A stretch of 56,076 nt of DNA. Origin: a virus (Duplodnaviria > Caudoviricetes). The position numbers were made by a program, and so were the translations under genes. This document shows positions 9,078 through 18,161 of this stretch, in pieces. Every line of letters starts with the position of its first letter. Within the stretch, counting starts at the first letter, position 1. The DNA is taken from IMG/VR virus record IMGVR_UViG_3300012953_000039, positions 1 to 56,076 of that record; one strand, given 5' to 3'. Under the pieces are notes generated by a model. It did not search any database. It was given only the letters and a program-made list of their open reading frames with translations, and was not told the DNA's origin.

Positions 9078-9228
9078 ATTTTTACGCTTGATATTGTATA
9101 TATATTATTGATAGGCCATTCGTAAGACCTGTCAAAACAGCGTAAAAATGGTCGCCGTGTACCAGATTAGAATATCAAAATACGGTGTCGCTAGTGTTTT
9201 CGGGATTACACTTTAAAGAAATCCCACC
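9078..9228 (+). ncRNA. candidate structured ncRNA ending in an H-type pseudoknot
   Basis: Pairings 9078-88/9139-49, 9108-15/9128-35, 9154-60/9180-86; pseudoknot 9193-97/9208-12 with 9202-07/9220-25; T-tract follows. Confidence 0.5.
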
Positions 9229-9269
9229 TTTTTAATCATAAGGACTTGTAAATTTAAAATGAATGATTA

Positions 9270-9277
9270 TATAAATA
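9270..9277 (+). promoter_or_regulatory. T4-type late promoter TATAAATA
   Basis: Exact TATAAATA in the intergenic region, about 60 nt before the hsp20 start. Confidence 0.65.
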
Positions 9278-9281
9278 ATAT

Positions 9282-9341
9282 AGAAGACGCCTTAAAGGGT
9301 CTTCTTAAATTAACTTTGCTTAACATAAGGAGGTTACAATG
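9282..9341 (+). promoter_or_regulatory. ROSE-like RNA thermometer in the hsp20 5' UTR
   Basis: Hairpin 1 AGAAGAC/GTCTTCT; hairpin 2 (9311-9336) pairs UUUGCUUA with the SD UAAGGAG, leaving G9318 bulged (ROSE U(U/C)GCU motif). Confidence 0.6.
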
Positions 9342-9800
9342 ACCAATTCAAAAGCAATTCAATTTTTTAACTCGCTAAGACCTGTTACGATAGGATTTGA
9401 CAATGTGTTTGACCATTTTGAACATATGTTAGATACTGATATTAACGGAATGGCAAGAGTTAATGTACCAAACTATCCACCTTACAATATCGTAAAGACT
9501 GGACAATTCACATACGACATAGAACTGGCACTTGCTGGTTACTCAAAATCAGATGTTGCAGTAGACTATGCCGACAATGTATTAACTATAAAGTCTGTTA
9601 AAGATGAGCAGACTAAAGAGGTTGAAGAAAACGAGGGAATGCTACATAAAGGTATTGCCAAACGATTTTTCAGCAAGACTTTTACCATTGCAGATGATGT
9701 AGAGGTAAAAGGTGCCGAACTCAAAGACGGATTGTTAAAGGTTCGTTTAGAGAAGATTGTTCCAGAAGGTAAGAAACCTAGAACAATCAAAATCAAGTAG
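9339..9800 (+). CDS. hsp20: small heat shock protein Hsp20 (IbpA-like)
   Basis: IGFD, NYPPYNIVK, IELALAGY, HKGIAKRFF, AELKDGLLKV; alpha-crystallin domain. Confidence 0.93.
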   Translation: MTNSKAIQFFNSLRPVTIGFDNVFDHFEHMLDTDINGMARVNVPNYPPYNIVKTGQFTYDIELALAGYSKSDVAVDYADNVLTIKSVKDEQTKEVEENEGMLHKGIAKRFFSKTFTIADDVEVKGAELKDGLLKVRLEKIVPEGKKPRTIKIK

Positions 9801-9841
9801 TCTATACTACATTGATTAAAACTAGATAGGAGAACTTTGTC

Positions 9842-9884
9842 AGAGGCGGTCGGAAGCGCCAGATAGAATTCAACGACCGCCTCT
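9842..9884 (+). terminator. 11-bp inverted repeat after hsp20 (probable terminator or stabilising hairpin)
   Basis: AGAGGCGGTCG/CGACCGCCTCT with a 21-nt loop; right arm abuts TTGACT...TATATT (9884-9912). Confidence 0.5.
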
Positions 9885-9937
9885 TGACTTATTCTAGGTT
9901 TTAATGTATATTATAGTTATTGATTTGAAAATAACTT

Positions 9938-10501
9938 ATGAGGACAAATGAATATATGAAAAGAGACTTACAAATTCCAAAAGTAACATTTAGAATTAGA
10001 GAAGGCGATGAGGTTGAAACAGATGGTGGTTGTGCTATCGGTGGTCAATGGATTAATAAAACTACAGATGATTATTTCAAAAATAAAAGAGTAGTATTAT
10101 TTTCATTACCAGGTGCATTTACACCAACTTGTTCATCCCAACAACTTCCAGGATTTGAAGAGCATTACGATACGATAACTAAATTTTCTATAGACGAAGT
10201 TTATTGTATATCAGTAAATGATAGTTATGTAATGAATGCTTGGAGAGACCATATGAATATAGAGAAGGTTAAATTTATACCTGACGGTTCAGGTAACTTC
10301 ACTAGATTTATGGGTATGTTGATTGGTAAAAACCATTTAGGTTTTGGCAATCGTAGTTGGAGATATATGGCAGTAATTAATAACGGACAGATTGAGAAAT
10401 GGTTTCAAGAACCAGGTATCAATAATGAAGGTGTTGATGACGACCCATATATTGAGAGTACTCCAGAGAAGATGTTAGAATACTTACGACAAAGTGAGTA
10501 G
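9938..10501 (+). CDS. peroxiredoxin (Prx5/redoxin family)
   Basis: LPGAFTPTCS peroxidatic Cys motif, SVNDSYVMNAW, PDGSG, RSWRY. Confidence 0.9.
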   Translation: MRTNEYMKRDLQIPKVTFRIREGDEVETDGGCAIGGQWINKTTDDYFKNKRVVLFSLPGAFTPTCSSQQLPGFEEHYDTITKFSIDEVYCISVNDSYVMNAWRDHMNIEKVKFIPDGSGNFTRFMGMLIGKNHLGFGNRSWRYMAVINNGQIEKWFQEPGINNEGVDDDPYIESTPEKMLEYLRQSE

Positions 10502-10505
10502 GCTA

Positions 10506-10534
10506 TTGACAAGGGCGTACACTTATAATATAAT
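10506..10534 (+). promoter_or_regulatory. sigma70-type promoter for the clamp operon
   Basis: Perfect TTGACA-N17-TATAAT. Confidence 0.75.
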
Positions 10535-10561
10535 GTTTAAATAATGAAGGAGAAAACTGAT

Positions 10562-11227
10562 ATGAACTTATCATCCGAGACACTTGCATTGTTAAAAAAC
10601 TTTGCAAATATTAATCAGAATATTCTAATCAAACCAGGGAAAGCGTTGAATACGATTTCTACTATGAAGAATATTCTTGCGACAGCAGAAGTCAAAGAAA
10701 ACTTTGACCAACAATTTGCTATCTATGATTTACCTGAATTTTTGAGAACGGTAGACCTATTTGATACACCAACATTAAAATTTAATGGTGGTTCAAGTGT
10801 AGGTATATCTGGCAAAGACGGTAGGTCAAATAGTAAATATACTTTTGCTGACGAGAGCGTAATTGTTGCTCCAACTAAAACAATTTCAATGCCATCTACA
10901 GAAGTATCATTTACTTTTAAGAAGGCTGACTTTGCTAGACTAATGAAAGGTGTAGTTACATTAAACTTACCTGACATTGCAGTTGTAGGCGATGGAAAGA
11001 CTATGAGACTTATTGCAGACGATAGAAAGAATAAAGCGTCTAATAAGTTTGACATTGAGTTAGGTGAAACTGACAAGACCTTTAAGGCGTTCTTCAAGGC
11101 AGAAAACTTTAAAATGCTAGAAGATGATTATGATGTTGCGATATCAAAACAAAAGATATCACACTTTGTAAATAGAACAAGACCAGTACAATACTGGATT
11201 GCTCTTGAACCTGAAAGTGAATTTTAA
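10562..11227 (+). CDS. gp45: sliding clamp (T4 gp45)
   Basis: MNLSSETLALLKNFANINQNI...IYDLPEFL...YWIALE; directly upstream of gp44. Confidence 0.9.
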   Translation: MNLSSETLALLKNFANINQNILIKPGKALNTISTMKNILATAEVKENFDQQFAIYDLPEFLRTVDLFDTPTLKFNGGSSVGISGKDGRSNSKYTFADESVIVAPTKTISMPSTEVSFTFKKADFARLMKGVVTLNLPDIAVVGDGKTMRLIADDRKNKASNKFDIELGETDKTFKAFFKAENFKMLEDDYDVAISKQKISHFVNRTRPVQYWIALEPESEF

Positions 11228-11244
11228 ATTATGGAGAATATATT

Positions 11245-12189
11245 ATGGCTGATTTTTTGTGGGTTGAAAAATACCGACCAAAAACAATTGAAGATTGTAT
11301 CCTACCAGAGGATATAAAAAGTACATTTCAATCTTTTTTAAGACAAGGCGAGATTAGTAACTTACTCTTATCAGGTACCGCTGGTACAGGTAAGACAACG
11401 GTTGCTCGTGCCTTATGTGAAGAACTGAAATGTGATTATCTTATTATCAATGGGTCAGACGAAGGTCGTCAAATTGATACATTAAGAACAAAGATAAAGA
11501 ACTTTGCGAGTACCGTTTCTTTAACAGAGGACGCTAATCACAAAGTTATAATAGTTGATGAGGCAGACTATATGAACGCTGATAGTGTTCAACCTGCTTT
11601 AAGAAACTTTATAGAAACATTTTACAAGAATTGTAGATTTATATTTACTTGTAATTTCAAAAATAAAATAATCCCTGCATTACATAGTCGTTGTACCGTA
11701 GTTGACTTTAAGATAGTCAATGGTCAGAAGAAGAAATGTGCTGACCTTATGTTAAATAGATTAGGTAATGTATTGAATGAAGAAAAGATTGAGTATGATA
11801 AAAAGGTTCTTGCAGAATTAATTATCAAACACTTTCCAGACTTCAGAAGAACTATCAACGAACTTCAAAGATATTCAGTTAGAGGTAAGATTGATAGTGG
11901 TATTCTATTTACATTATCAGAAGTTAATAACAAAGAACTTATCGCTACATTAAAAGAGAAAAGATTTAATGATATGCGAAAATGGGTTATACAAAACATA
12001 GATAAAGAACCAACTTCTATGTTTAGAAACTTATATGAGTTATTGTGGAAATCGTTAGACCCTAAATCTATACCACAGGCAGTTTTAGTTATTGCAGGTT
12101 ATCAGTACAAGGCAGCCTTTGTTGCAGACCAAGAAATTAATATGGTCGCTTGTCTTACCGAGATAATGGCAAATTGTAAGTTTAAATAA
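11245..12189 (+). CDS. gp44: clamp loader large subunit (T4 gp44)
   Basis: LWVEKYRP, GTAGTGKTT, DEAD, SRC and FPDFRR motifs of RFC/gp44. Confidence 0.93.
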   Translation: MADFLWVEKYRPKTIEDCILPEDIKSTFQSFLRQGEISNLLLSGTAGTGKTTVARALCEELKCDYLIINGSDEGRQIDTLRTKIKNFASTVSLTEDANHKVIIVDEADYMNADSVQPALRNFIETFYKNCRFIFTCNFKNKIIPALHSRCTVVDFKIVNGQKKKCADLMLNRLGNVLNEEKIEYDKKVLAELIIKHFPDFRRTINELQRYSVRGKIDSGILFTLSEVNNKELIATLKEKRFNDMRKWVIQNIDKEPTSMFRNLYELLWKSLDPKSIPQAVLVIAGYQYKAAFVADQEINMVACLTEIMANCKFK

Positions 12190-12644
12190 TGTTAGGCCTA
12201 GGTTACAAAGGCGCTTGTCAGTTAAGAGTAGACGAAGGTTATCAAACTCAAAAACAGAATGGCGCTGGTTACGAAGAACCAGGACACGAAAGGTATTGTT
12301 TATACCTTGGTAGAAGTCATATTCACGACCACGAAACGAATGTGATGGCCAGAGGTCTATTAAAAGTAGGTAGAGCAAAGTATCTATCTGCTGTTATTCG
12401 TAGTCGTAATCAACCAGGTAATGACTTTAGGATTTATTATGCAATCTATGTTCCTAATGATACACAATCTTGGAGACTAGAAGAAATATTTAAACAAAAA
12501 TATAAAGAAAGAAATATTCCTGGTGACGAAGGTCAACAAGAACTATATAATATAAAAGACGATGAAATTAAATTAATAGTTGATGATTTATCTGAACACG
12601 CTTTAGATATTAACCTCAACCCGAAAGTAGTTAGTTATGTATGA
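12189..12644 (+). CDS. hypothetical protein, possibly GIY-YIG/T5orf172-like nuclease
   Basis: YCLYLG...LKVGRA...R...LEEIFK...ELY loosely resembles the T5orf172 pattern; sits between gp44 and gp62. Confidence 0.4.
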   Translation: MLGLGYKGACQLRVDEGYQTQKQNGAGYEEPGHERYCLYLGRSHIHDHETNVMARGLLKVGRAKYLSAVIRSRNQPGNDFRIYYAIYVPNDTQSWRLEEIFKQKYKERNIPGDEGQQELYNIKDDEIKLIVDDLSEHALDINLNPKVVSYV

Positions 12645-13029
12645 ATTGAAAGATTATCTGAATTCCATTAACTTCTCTAAAGAAGATGTAATGGATACCA
12701 CCGATGTAACTTGGATAAAGAAGTATCCTGCGTTTATCGTAAACAAGTGTTTATCGTATCATTACGATACTTTAATCGCTGCCAATGAAATGAATGGTTA
12801 TCATTTCCTCCCTAATAATATGCAGTTTCATTTTTTACTAAATATAGTAAGAAAGAAAAAACGATTTGCTAAATGGTTTAAGGCTGAGAAGCTTAAAAAT
12901 TTAGAGTATGTCAAAGAGTATTATGGTTATAGTAATGAAAAAGCAAAATCCGCTCTGAGCATATTGAATAAATCACAAATTGAAACTATAAAAAAATCCT
13001 TGCAAAAGGGTGGGAGAAGTAAAAAATGA
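12637..13029 (+). CDS. gp62: clamp loader small subunit (T4 gp62)
   Basis: LKDYLNSIN...YPAFIVNKCLS...ANEMN...VKEYYGYSNEKA; synteny. Confidence 0.88.
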   Translation: MYELKDYLNSINFSKEDVMDTTDVTWIKKYPAFIVNKCLSYHYDTLIAANEMNGYHFLPNNMQFHFLLNIVRKKKRFAKWFKAEKLKNLEYVKEYYGYSNEKAKSALSILNKSQIETIKKSLQKGGRSKK

Positions 13030-13472
13030 CAAACGGAGACATTAAATGGTCGCCAGAAGATATGCTTGAAGTTACTATTAAGCAACCTGACGATTTTCTA
13101 AAAGTGCGAGAGACACTTACCAGAATAGGAGTTGCAAGTCGTAAAGACAAAACTCTATTTCAATCTTGCCACATATTACACAAACAAGGCAAATACTTTA
13201 TTGTACACTTTAAAGAACTATTTGCTCTTGATGGTAAGAAAGCAACATTAAGCGATAACGATATTCAAAGAAGAAATACAATTGCAGTATTATTAGCAGA
13301 TTGGAACCTAATTGATATTGTCAAAAAGGCAGACGCAGAAAACAAAGCGCCTTTATCACAAATAAAGGTATTACCTTTTAAAGAAAAGAAAGAATGGAAC
13401 CTTTCTGCCAAATATAACATTGGTAAGAAAGTTGAAGAGAAAACGGAAGCACCTAGTAATGAAGGACAATAA
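13026..13472 (+). CDS. regA: translational repressor RegA
   Basis: DDFLKVRETLTRIGVAS...QSCHILHKQGKYFIVHFKELFALDG. Confidence 0.95.
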   Translation: MTNGDIKWSPEDMLEVTIKQPDDFLKVRETLTRIGVASRKDKTLFQSCHILHKQGKYFIVHFKELFALDGKKATLSDNDIQRRNTIAVLLADWNLIDIVKKADAENKAPLSQIKVLPFKEKKEWNLSAKYNIGKKVEEKTEAPSNEGQ

Positions 13473-14956
13473 TGTTGCAAGTACAAAAATTCAATCAATT
13501 TCTAGCAGAAAAAGTAGATAGAGAAAATAAACCTATACAGGTAGCGGTTATTACTAAAACTAACCCTAACTTAAAGAAAAGAAAAGTTGGTGGTAAAGAA
13601 GATAAAGAGTTAACCGTAAAACTGATATACGATATCTGCGAAGAATTAAAAATTAAATGTGTTGTAATTGAAACTAGACACGCTATCATAACAGGTAAAG
13701 ACGAAGAGAAGAATACTTTAACGGTCTATAACTATGATGGTAAAGATACTGAACAAACATTTATAGGTAAAGATACTATTTGTATAACTAGAGCAGGTTC
13801 AGTAGAAGATGAAAGTGGTATGTCTATCATATCTGCTTTTCAAAACTCTGGTTCGTTTATGGTCAATACAAAGAACTCAATGTTAACTTGTAATAACAAA
13901 ATGACAAGTGCATTATTATTTGAGAAGTTTAATATACCTACACCTAGAACTGCTTTCGTATCAAACGAAAAAAATATAGATGACGCTATAGAAATGATAG
14001 GTGGTAAATTTCCTATCGTATTAAAAACATTAACAGGTACTCAAGGAATTGGTGTTGTTAAAGTTGATAGTTATGAAAGTTTAGTATCTACTATTCAGGC
14101 AATGTGGAAGTTAGGTGCAGAATTATTAATACAAGAATTTATGCCTGTGAAGTTTGATGTAAGAACTTTCGTGGTAGACAATAAGATATTTGCAAGTACA
14201 AAAAGAATTCAATCATCTTTTGATTTTAGAACTAATACACATAGAGGTGCCGAAGCGGTACCATATAAATTAAATGATGATGAAATAGAAATGGTGCTAC
14301 GGGCATCCAGAGCAAGTAAGGCATACCTTTGTGGTGTTGACCATATTATCAATAATGGTAAGATGTATATACTAGAAGTAAATGGTTCTCCTGGCACTGG
14401 TGCAGATTACGAGGGTTACCTATACAAAGATTTAGAAGGACCAAATCCTGGTGGTGCAATATCAGGTAAACAATTAGTTAAGAATTTTGTTAAATACCTT
14501 ACAGATAGAAGTAATTGGGATAGACAATCACTAGTAGAATGTGGTTGGTTAGAAACTATTGAACTAACAGACATAGGTAAGATAAGAGCAAAATTAGATA
14601 CTGGTAATGGTGCCCTTGCTTGTTCACTTCACGCAGAAGATATCCAAGTGAAGGGTAAGAATATATCTTGGAAGTATGATGGTAAGGTATATACCAAACC
14701 AAAACACGGAGAGAGTAGAGTATTCAGAGCCAACGCTGATGGGCAAGAACCTAGTGAAACTAGACAAACGGTATTGTTAGATTTAACATTTAATGGTTTC
14801 ACATACAAAGATATAGAATTCGGATTAGACCAAAGACCAAGGTCTGGTTCAGATGTACTACTCAATAGAGAGTTAATTCGTCAATTTAATGCGAGTGTAA
14901 ATCCTAATAGGACTTTTGTATTAAGTAAACGACTTCCCCCTATTGACAAAGATTAA
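13472..14956 (+). CDS. RimK-family ATP-grasp ligase fused to a retropepsin-like (RimB-type) protease domain
   Basis: PTPRT, VLKTLTGTQGIGV, LIQEF, DVRTFV, FRTNTHRG, LEVNGSPG; C-terminal RAKLDTGN...LLNRE. Confidence 0.82.
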   Translation: MLQVQKFNQFLAEKVDRENKPIQVAVITKTNPNLKKRKVGGKEDKELTVKLIYDICEELKIKCVVIETRHAIITGKDEEKNTLTVYNYDGKDTEQTFIGKDTICITRAGSVEDESGMSIISAFQNSGSFMVNTKNSMLTCNNKMTSALLFEKFNIPTPRTAFVSNEKNIDDAIEMIGGKFPIVLKTLTGTQGIGVVKVDSYESLVSTIQAMWKLGAELLIQEFMPVKFDVRTFVVDNKIFASTKRIQSSFDFRTNTHRGAEAVPYKLNDDEIEMVLRASRASKAYLCGVDHIINNGKMYILEVNGSPGTGADYEGYLYKDLEGPNPGGAISGKQLVKNFVKYLTDRSNWDRQSLVECGWLETIELTDIGKIRAKLDTGNGALACSLHAEDIQVKGKNISWKYDGKVYTKPKHGESRVFRANADGQEPSETRQTVLLDLTFNGFTYKDIEFGLDQRPRSGSDVLLNRELIRQFNASVNPNRTFVLSKRLPPIDKD

Positions 14957-14971
14957 CAATTATAATATAAT
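14943..14971 (+). promoter_or_regulatory. sigma70-type promoter upstream of the ferredoxin/gp43 unit
   Basis: Perfect TTGACA-N17-TATAAT. Confidence 0.75.
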
Positions 14972-14980
14972 GGAGTTATT

Positions 14981-15310
14981 ATGGCAATAAAAATATTAAG
15001 ACTAATAACAGGTGAAGATATCATCGGTGATTTTTCAGAAGAGGCAAGTAATCAAGTCAAACTGAAAAAACCTTTTATCATTTATCCTACCTCTCAACCT
15101 AAACCAGGTGAGGCAATCAAATTTGGAATGTTTACATATATTCCTTATGCAGAAACAGAAGAGATTACTTTTAATAATGATAAAGTAATTACTATTGTTG
15201 ACCCTAAACAAGATTTACTTGCTAGTTATACACAAAGTACAAGTAGCATTATTCAAGGTCCAGGGTTACTGAAAGAAACAAAAGAGACAACCTGGGATAG
15301 CACAAAATAA
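14981..15310 (+). CDS. conserved T4-like hypothetical protein
   Basis: IKILRLITGEDIIG...LKKP...YIPY pattern, typical of small ORFs near gp43. Confidence 0.6.
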   Translation: MAIKILRLITGEDIIGDFSEEASNQVKLKKPFIIYPTSQPKPGEAIKFGMFTYIPYAETEEITFNNDKVITIVDPKQDLLASYTQSTSSIIQGPGLLKETKETTWDSTK

Positions 15311-15664
15311 ATGAGTGATAGTCAACTACTGACTATCTATTTTGTACACAAAGACGGTAAACAAACAGAAGTCAAAGTACCAGCAGGTTTTACAATTATG
15401 GAGGCGGCACGAAGTTATGCCGAACCTTCTATTGATGAGATAGCCGCCGATTGTGGTGGTTGTTGTGCTTGTGGAACTTGTCATATTAATATCAAAGAGC
15501 ATATTGACAAAGTAGGTAGAGTAGAGTATGATAGTTTAGAAAATGAAATTTTAGAGAACAATATGGAATACGATAGAATGTCTTCCAGATTGGCTTGTCA
15601 AGTAATGTTGCAAGAAAAACATAATGGTTTGAAAATATATTTGAGAGATATGGAGTCCGTATAG
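15311..15664 (+). CDS. fdx: 2Fe-2S ferredoxin (adrenodoxin/ISC type)
   Basis: ADCGGCCACGTCH...SRLACQ. Confidence 0.88.
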   Translation: MSDSQLLTIYFVHKDGKQTEVKVPAGFTIMEAARSYAEPSIDEIAADCGGCCACGTCHINIKEHIDKVGRVEYDSLENEILENNMEYDRMSSRLACQVMLQEKHNGLKIYLRDMESV

Positions 15665-18153
15665 TGAATTTTTATAAAGATGTGATTGAACATAGAGGTA
15701 AACTTCTTGTTAGAGGTGTACACGATGGAAAAGAATTTAAAGAGAAGGTTGAGTTTAAACCAACTCTATATGCAATAACGCAAGAGAAAACTAATCACAA
15801 AACATTACAAGGTCAAAGTTTAAAACCTATTACTTTTAATAGTATCAAAGGTGCAAGAGACTTTAAAAGAAGTTACAATAACTCTTCATCGCCTTTGTAT
15901 GGTAATGAACGATATCACTTTCAATATATTGCAAAAGAATATCCTGAAGATATTACTTTTAGTAAAGACTTAATTAAAATATTTACACTTGATATTGAAA
16001 CAACTGCCGAAGGTGGTTTCCCAGATGTAGAAAATCCTACAGAAGAACTTATCTGTTTAACAATCAAAAATCAATCTAACAAAAATATTATTACTTGGGG
16101 TACTAAACCTTTCTTTACAGATAGACCAGATGTAACTTATATTGAATGTAAGAATGAAAAACAAATGTTAATGGAGTTTTTCAAGTTTTGGACAAAGAAC
16201 TATCCAGATGTAATCACAGGTTGGAATACTAAATTCTTTGACTTACCATATCTATGTAATAGAATTAAAAGACTTGTAGGTGATAAAGTTATTAATAAAC
16301 TATCGCCTTGGGGATTAATTGAACAAGAACAAATAACCGTTAGAGGTAAAACACAAACTACTTTTGATATCAAAGGTATTAGTATGTTAGATTATCTTGA
16401 CTTGTATAAGAAGTTTATTCCTGCAAGACAAGAGAGTTATAAACTTGACTATATTGCAAAAGTAGAATTAGGTAGTGATGGTAAAGATAATAACCCTTAT
16501 GATACATTTAGAGAATGGTATACTAATGACTTTCAATCTTTCGTAGATTACAATATTAAAGATGTTGAATTAGTTGACCAACTAGAAGATAAGATGAAGT
16601 TGATTGAACTTATCCTAACAATGGCCTATGAGGCAAAGATTAATTATACAGATGTATTTTCAGAAGTTAGATTATGGGATACATTAATATTCAATCATCT
16701 ATTAAAAGAGAATATTCATATACCACCTCGTACTGATAATGTTAAAGAAGAGAAATATACTGGTGCATATGTTAAGTCGCCACAGGTAGGTCAACATAAA
16801 TGGATTGTATCGTTTGATATTAACTCTCTGTATCCACATTTAATTATGCAATATAATATTAGTCCAGAGAAAATTATCGGTATGAAATCTGATGGTATTA
16901 GTGTTGATAGAATGTTAAAGAATAAAACACCACTTCATCATTTAAAAACTGAAGGTGCAACTATTACACCTAATGGTGCAATGTTTAAGAATGATAGTCA
17001 AGGTTTCTTACCAAAACTTATGGAAAGTATGTACAATGATAGAGTGCATTACAAACAATTAGAATTTAAAGCAAAACAAGAATATCAAAAGACAAAAGAC
17101 CCATTGTATCAAAAAGAGATTGCCAGATGTCATAATATACAATGGGCAAAAAAGATATCATTGAATAGTGCCTATGGTGCAATCGGTAATCAGTATTTCA
17201 GATTTTACGATGTAAGACAAGCAACAGCGATTACTTCAAGTGGTCAATTTGTTATTCAGTATATTGAACAAGAAGTCAACAAGTATATGAATGAGATACT
17301 ACAGACTAAAGATAAACACGATTATATTGTTGCGAGTGATACTGATAGTATCTATCTATGTTTAGATAAGTTAGTAGATAAGATATGTAAAGATAAAACT
17401 AAAGAACAAAAGTTAAACTTTGTTGATAAAGTTGCAACACAAAAGATAGAACCATTTATTGAAAAGTGTTTCAAACAACTTGCAGATTATACAAATGCGT
17501 TTGACCAGAAGATGGTTATGAAACGAGAAGTTATCGCAGACAAAGGTATCTGGACTGCCAAGAAAAGATATATGTTGAATGTGTTAGACGAAGAAGGTTT
17601 TAGATATGAAGAACCTAAACTAAAGATAATGGGTATTGAGGCAGTAAAATCTTCAACACCAGAAGTCTGTAGAACAGGTATTAAAGAAGCAATCAGATTG
17701 ATTATGAATAAAGATGAAGACGCATTACAGAATTATATTGCAGACTTTAAAGTTAAGTTTCATAAGTTTGAACCTGAACAAATTGCTTTTCCTAGAAGTT
17801 GTAATAATTTGAGAAAGTATAGAAGTGATAGTAGTATATTTACAAAAGGCACACCAATACATATTAAAGGTAGTCTAATATATAATTATCATTTACAAAG
17901 TCAAAAATTAGATTACAAATATCCTGTAATACAAGAAGGCGATAAAATCAAATTTATATTGTTGAAAGAACCAAACCCTTTTAAATTTAATGTATGTGCT
18001 TATCTATCTACATTGCCAAGAGAGTTTAAACTAGATGACTATATAGATTACGATTTGCAATTTGAAAAGACTTTCCTTGACCCAATGAGATTTATATTAG
18101 GTGCAATCGGTTGGAACGCAGAACCACAAGCAAGTTTAGAAGCATTTTTTTAG
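15664..18153 (+). CDS. gp43: family B DNA polymerase (T4 gp43)
   Basis: Exonuclease DIET and GWNTKFFD; polymerase DINSLYPHL, KISLNSAYG, SDTDS, KKRY. Confidence 0.97.
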   Translation: MNFYKDVIEHRGKLLVRGVHDGKEFKEKVEFKPTLYAITQEKTNHKTLQGQSLKPITFNSIKGARDFKRSYNNSSSPLYGNERYHFQYIAKEYPEDITFSKDLIKIFTLDIETTAEGGFPDVENPTEELICLTIKNQSNKNIITWGTKPFFTDRPDVTYIECKNEKQMLMEFFKFWTKNYPDVITGWNTKFFDLPYLCNRIKRLVGDKVINKLSPWGLIEQEQITVRGKTQTTFDIKGISMLDYLDLYKKFIPARQESYKLDYIAKVELGSDGKDNNPYDTFREWYTNDFQSFVDYNIKDVELVDQLEDKMKLIELILTMAYEAKINYTDVFSEVRLWDTLIFNHLLKENIHIPPRTDNVKEEKYTGAYVKSPQVGQHKWIVSFDINSLYPHLIMQYNISPEKIIGMKSDGISVDRMLKNKTPLHHLKTEGATITPNGAMFKNDSQGFLPKLMESMYNDRVHYKQLEFKAKQEYQKTKDPLYQKEIARCHNIQWAKKISLNSAYGAIGNQYFRFYDVRQATAITSSGQFVIQYIEQEVNKYMNEILQTKDKHDYIVASDTDSIYLCLDKLVDKICKDKTKEQKLNFVDKVATQKIEPFIEKCFKQLADYTNAFDQKMVMKREVIADKGIWTAKKRYMLNVLDEEGFRYEEPKLKIMGIEAVKSSTPEVCRTGIKEAIRLIMNKDEDALQNYIADFKVKFHKFEPEQIAFPRSCNNLRKYRSDSSIFTKGTPIHIKGSLIYNYHLQSQKLDYKYPVIQEGDKIKFILLKEPNPFKFNVCAYLSTLPREFKLDDYIDYDLQFEKTFLDPMRFILGAIGWNAEPQASLEAFF

Positions 18154-18161
18154 AGAGTAGT

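Noticed and set aside
9244-9272. RpoH (sigma32) promoter CTTGTA-N15-ATTATAT before hsp20
   Set aside because: Partial match in very AT-rich sequence; the exact TATAAATA late promoter explains the site more simply.
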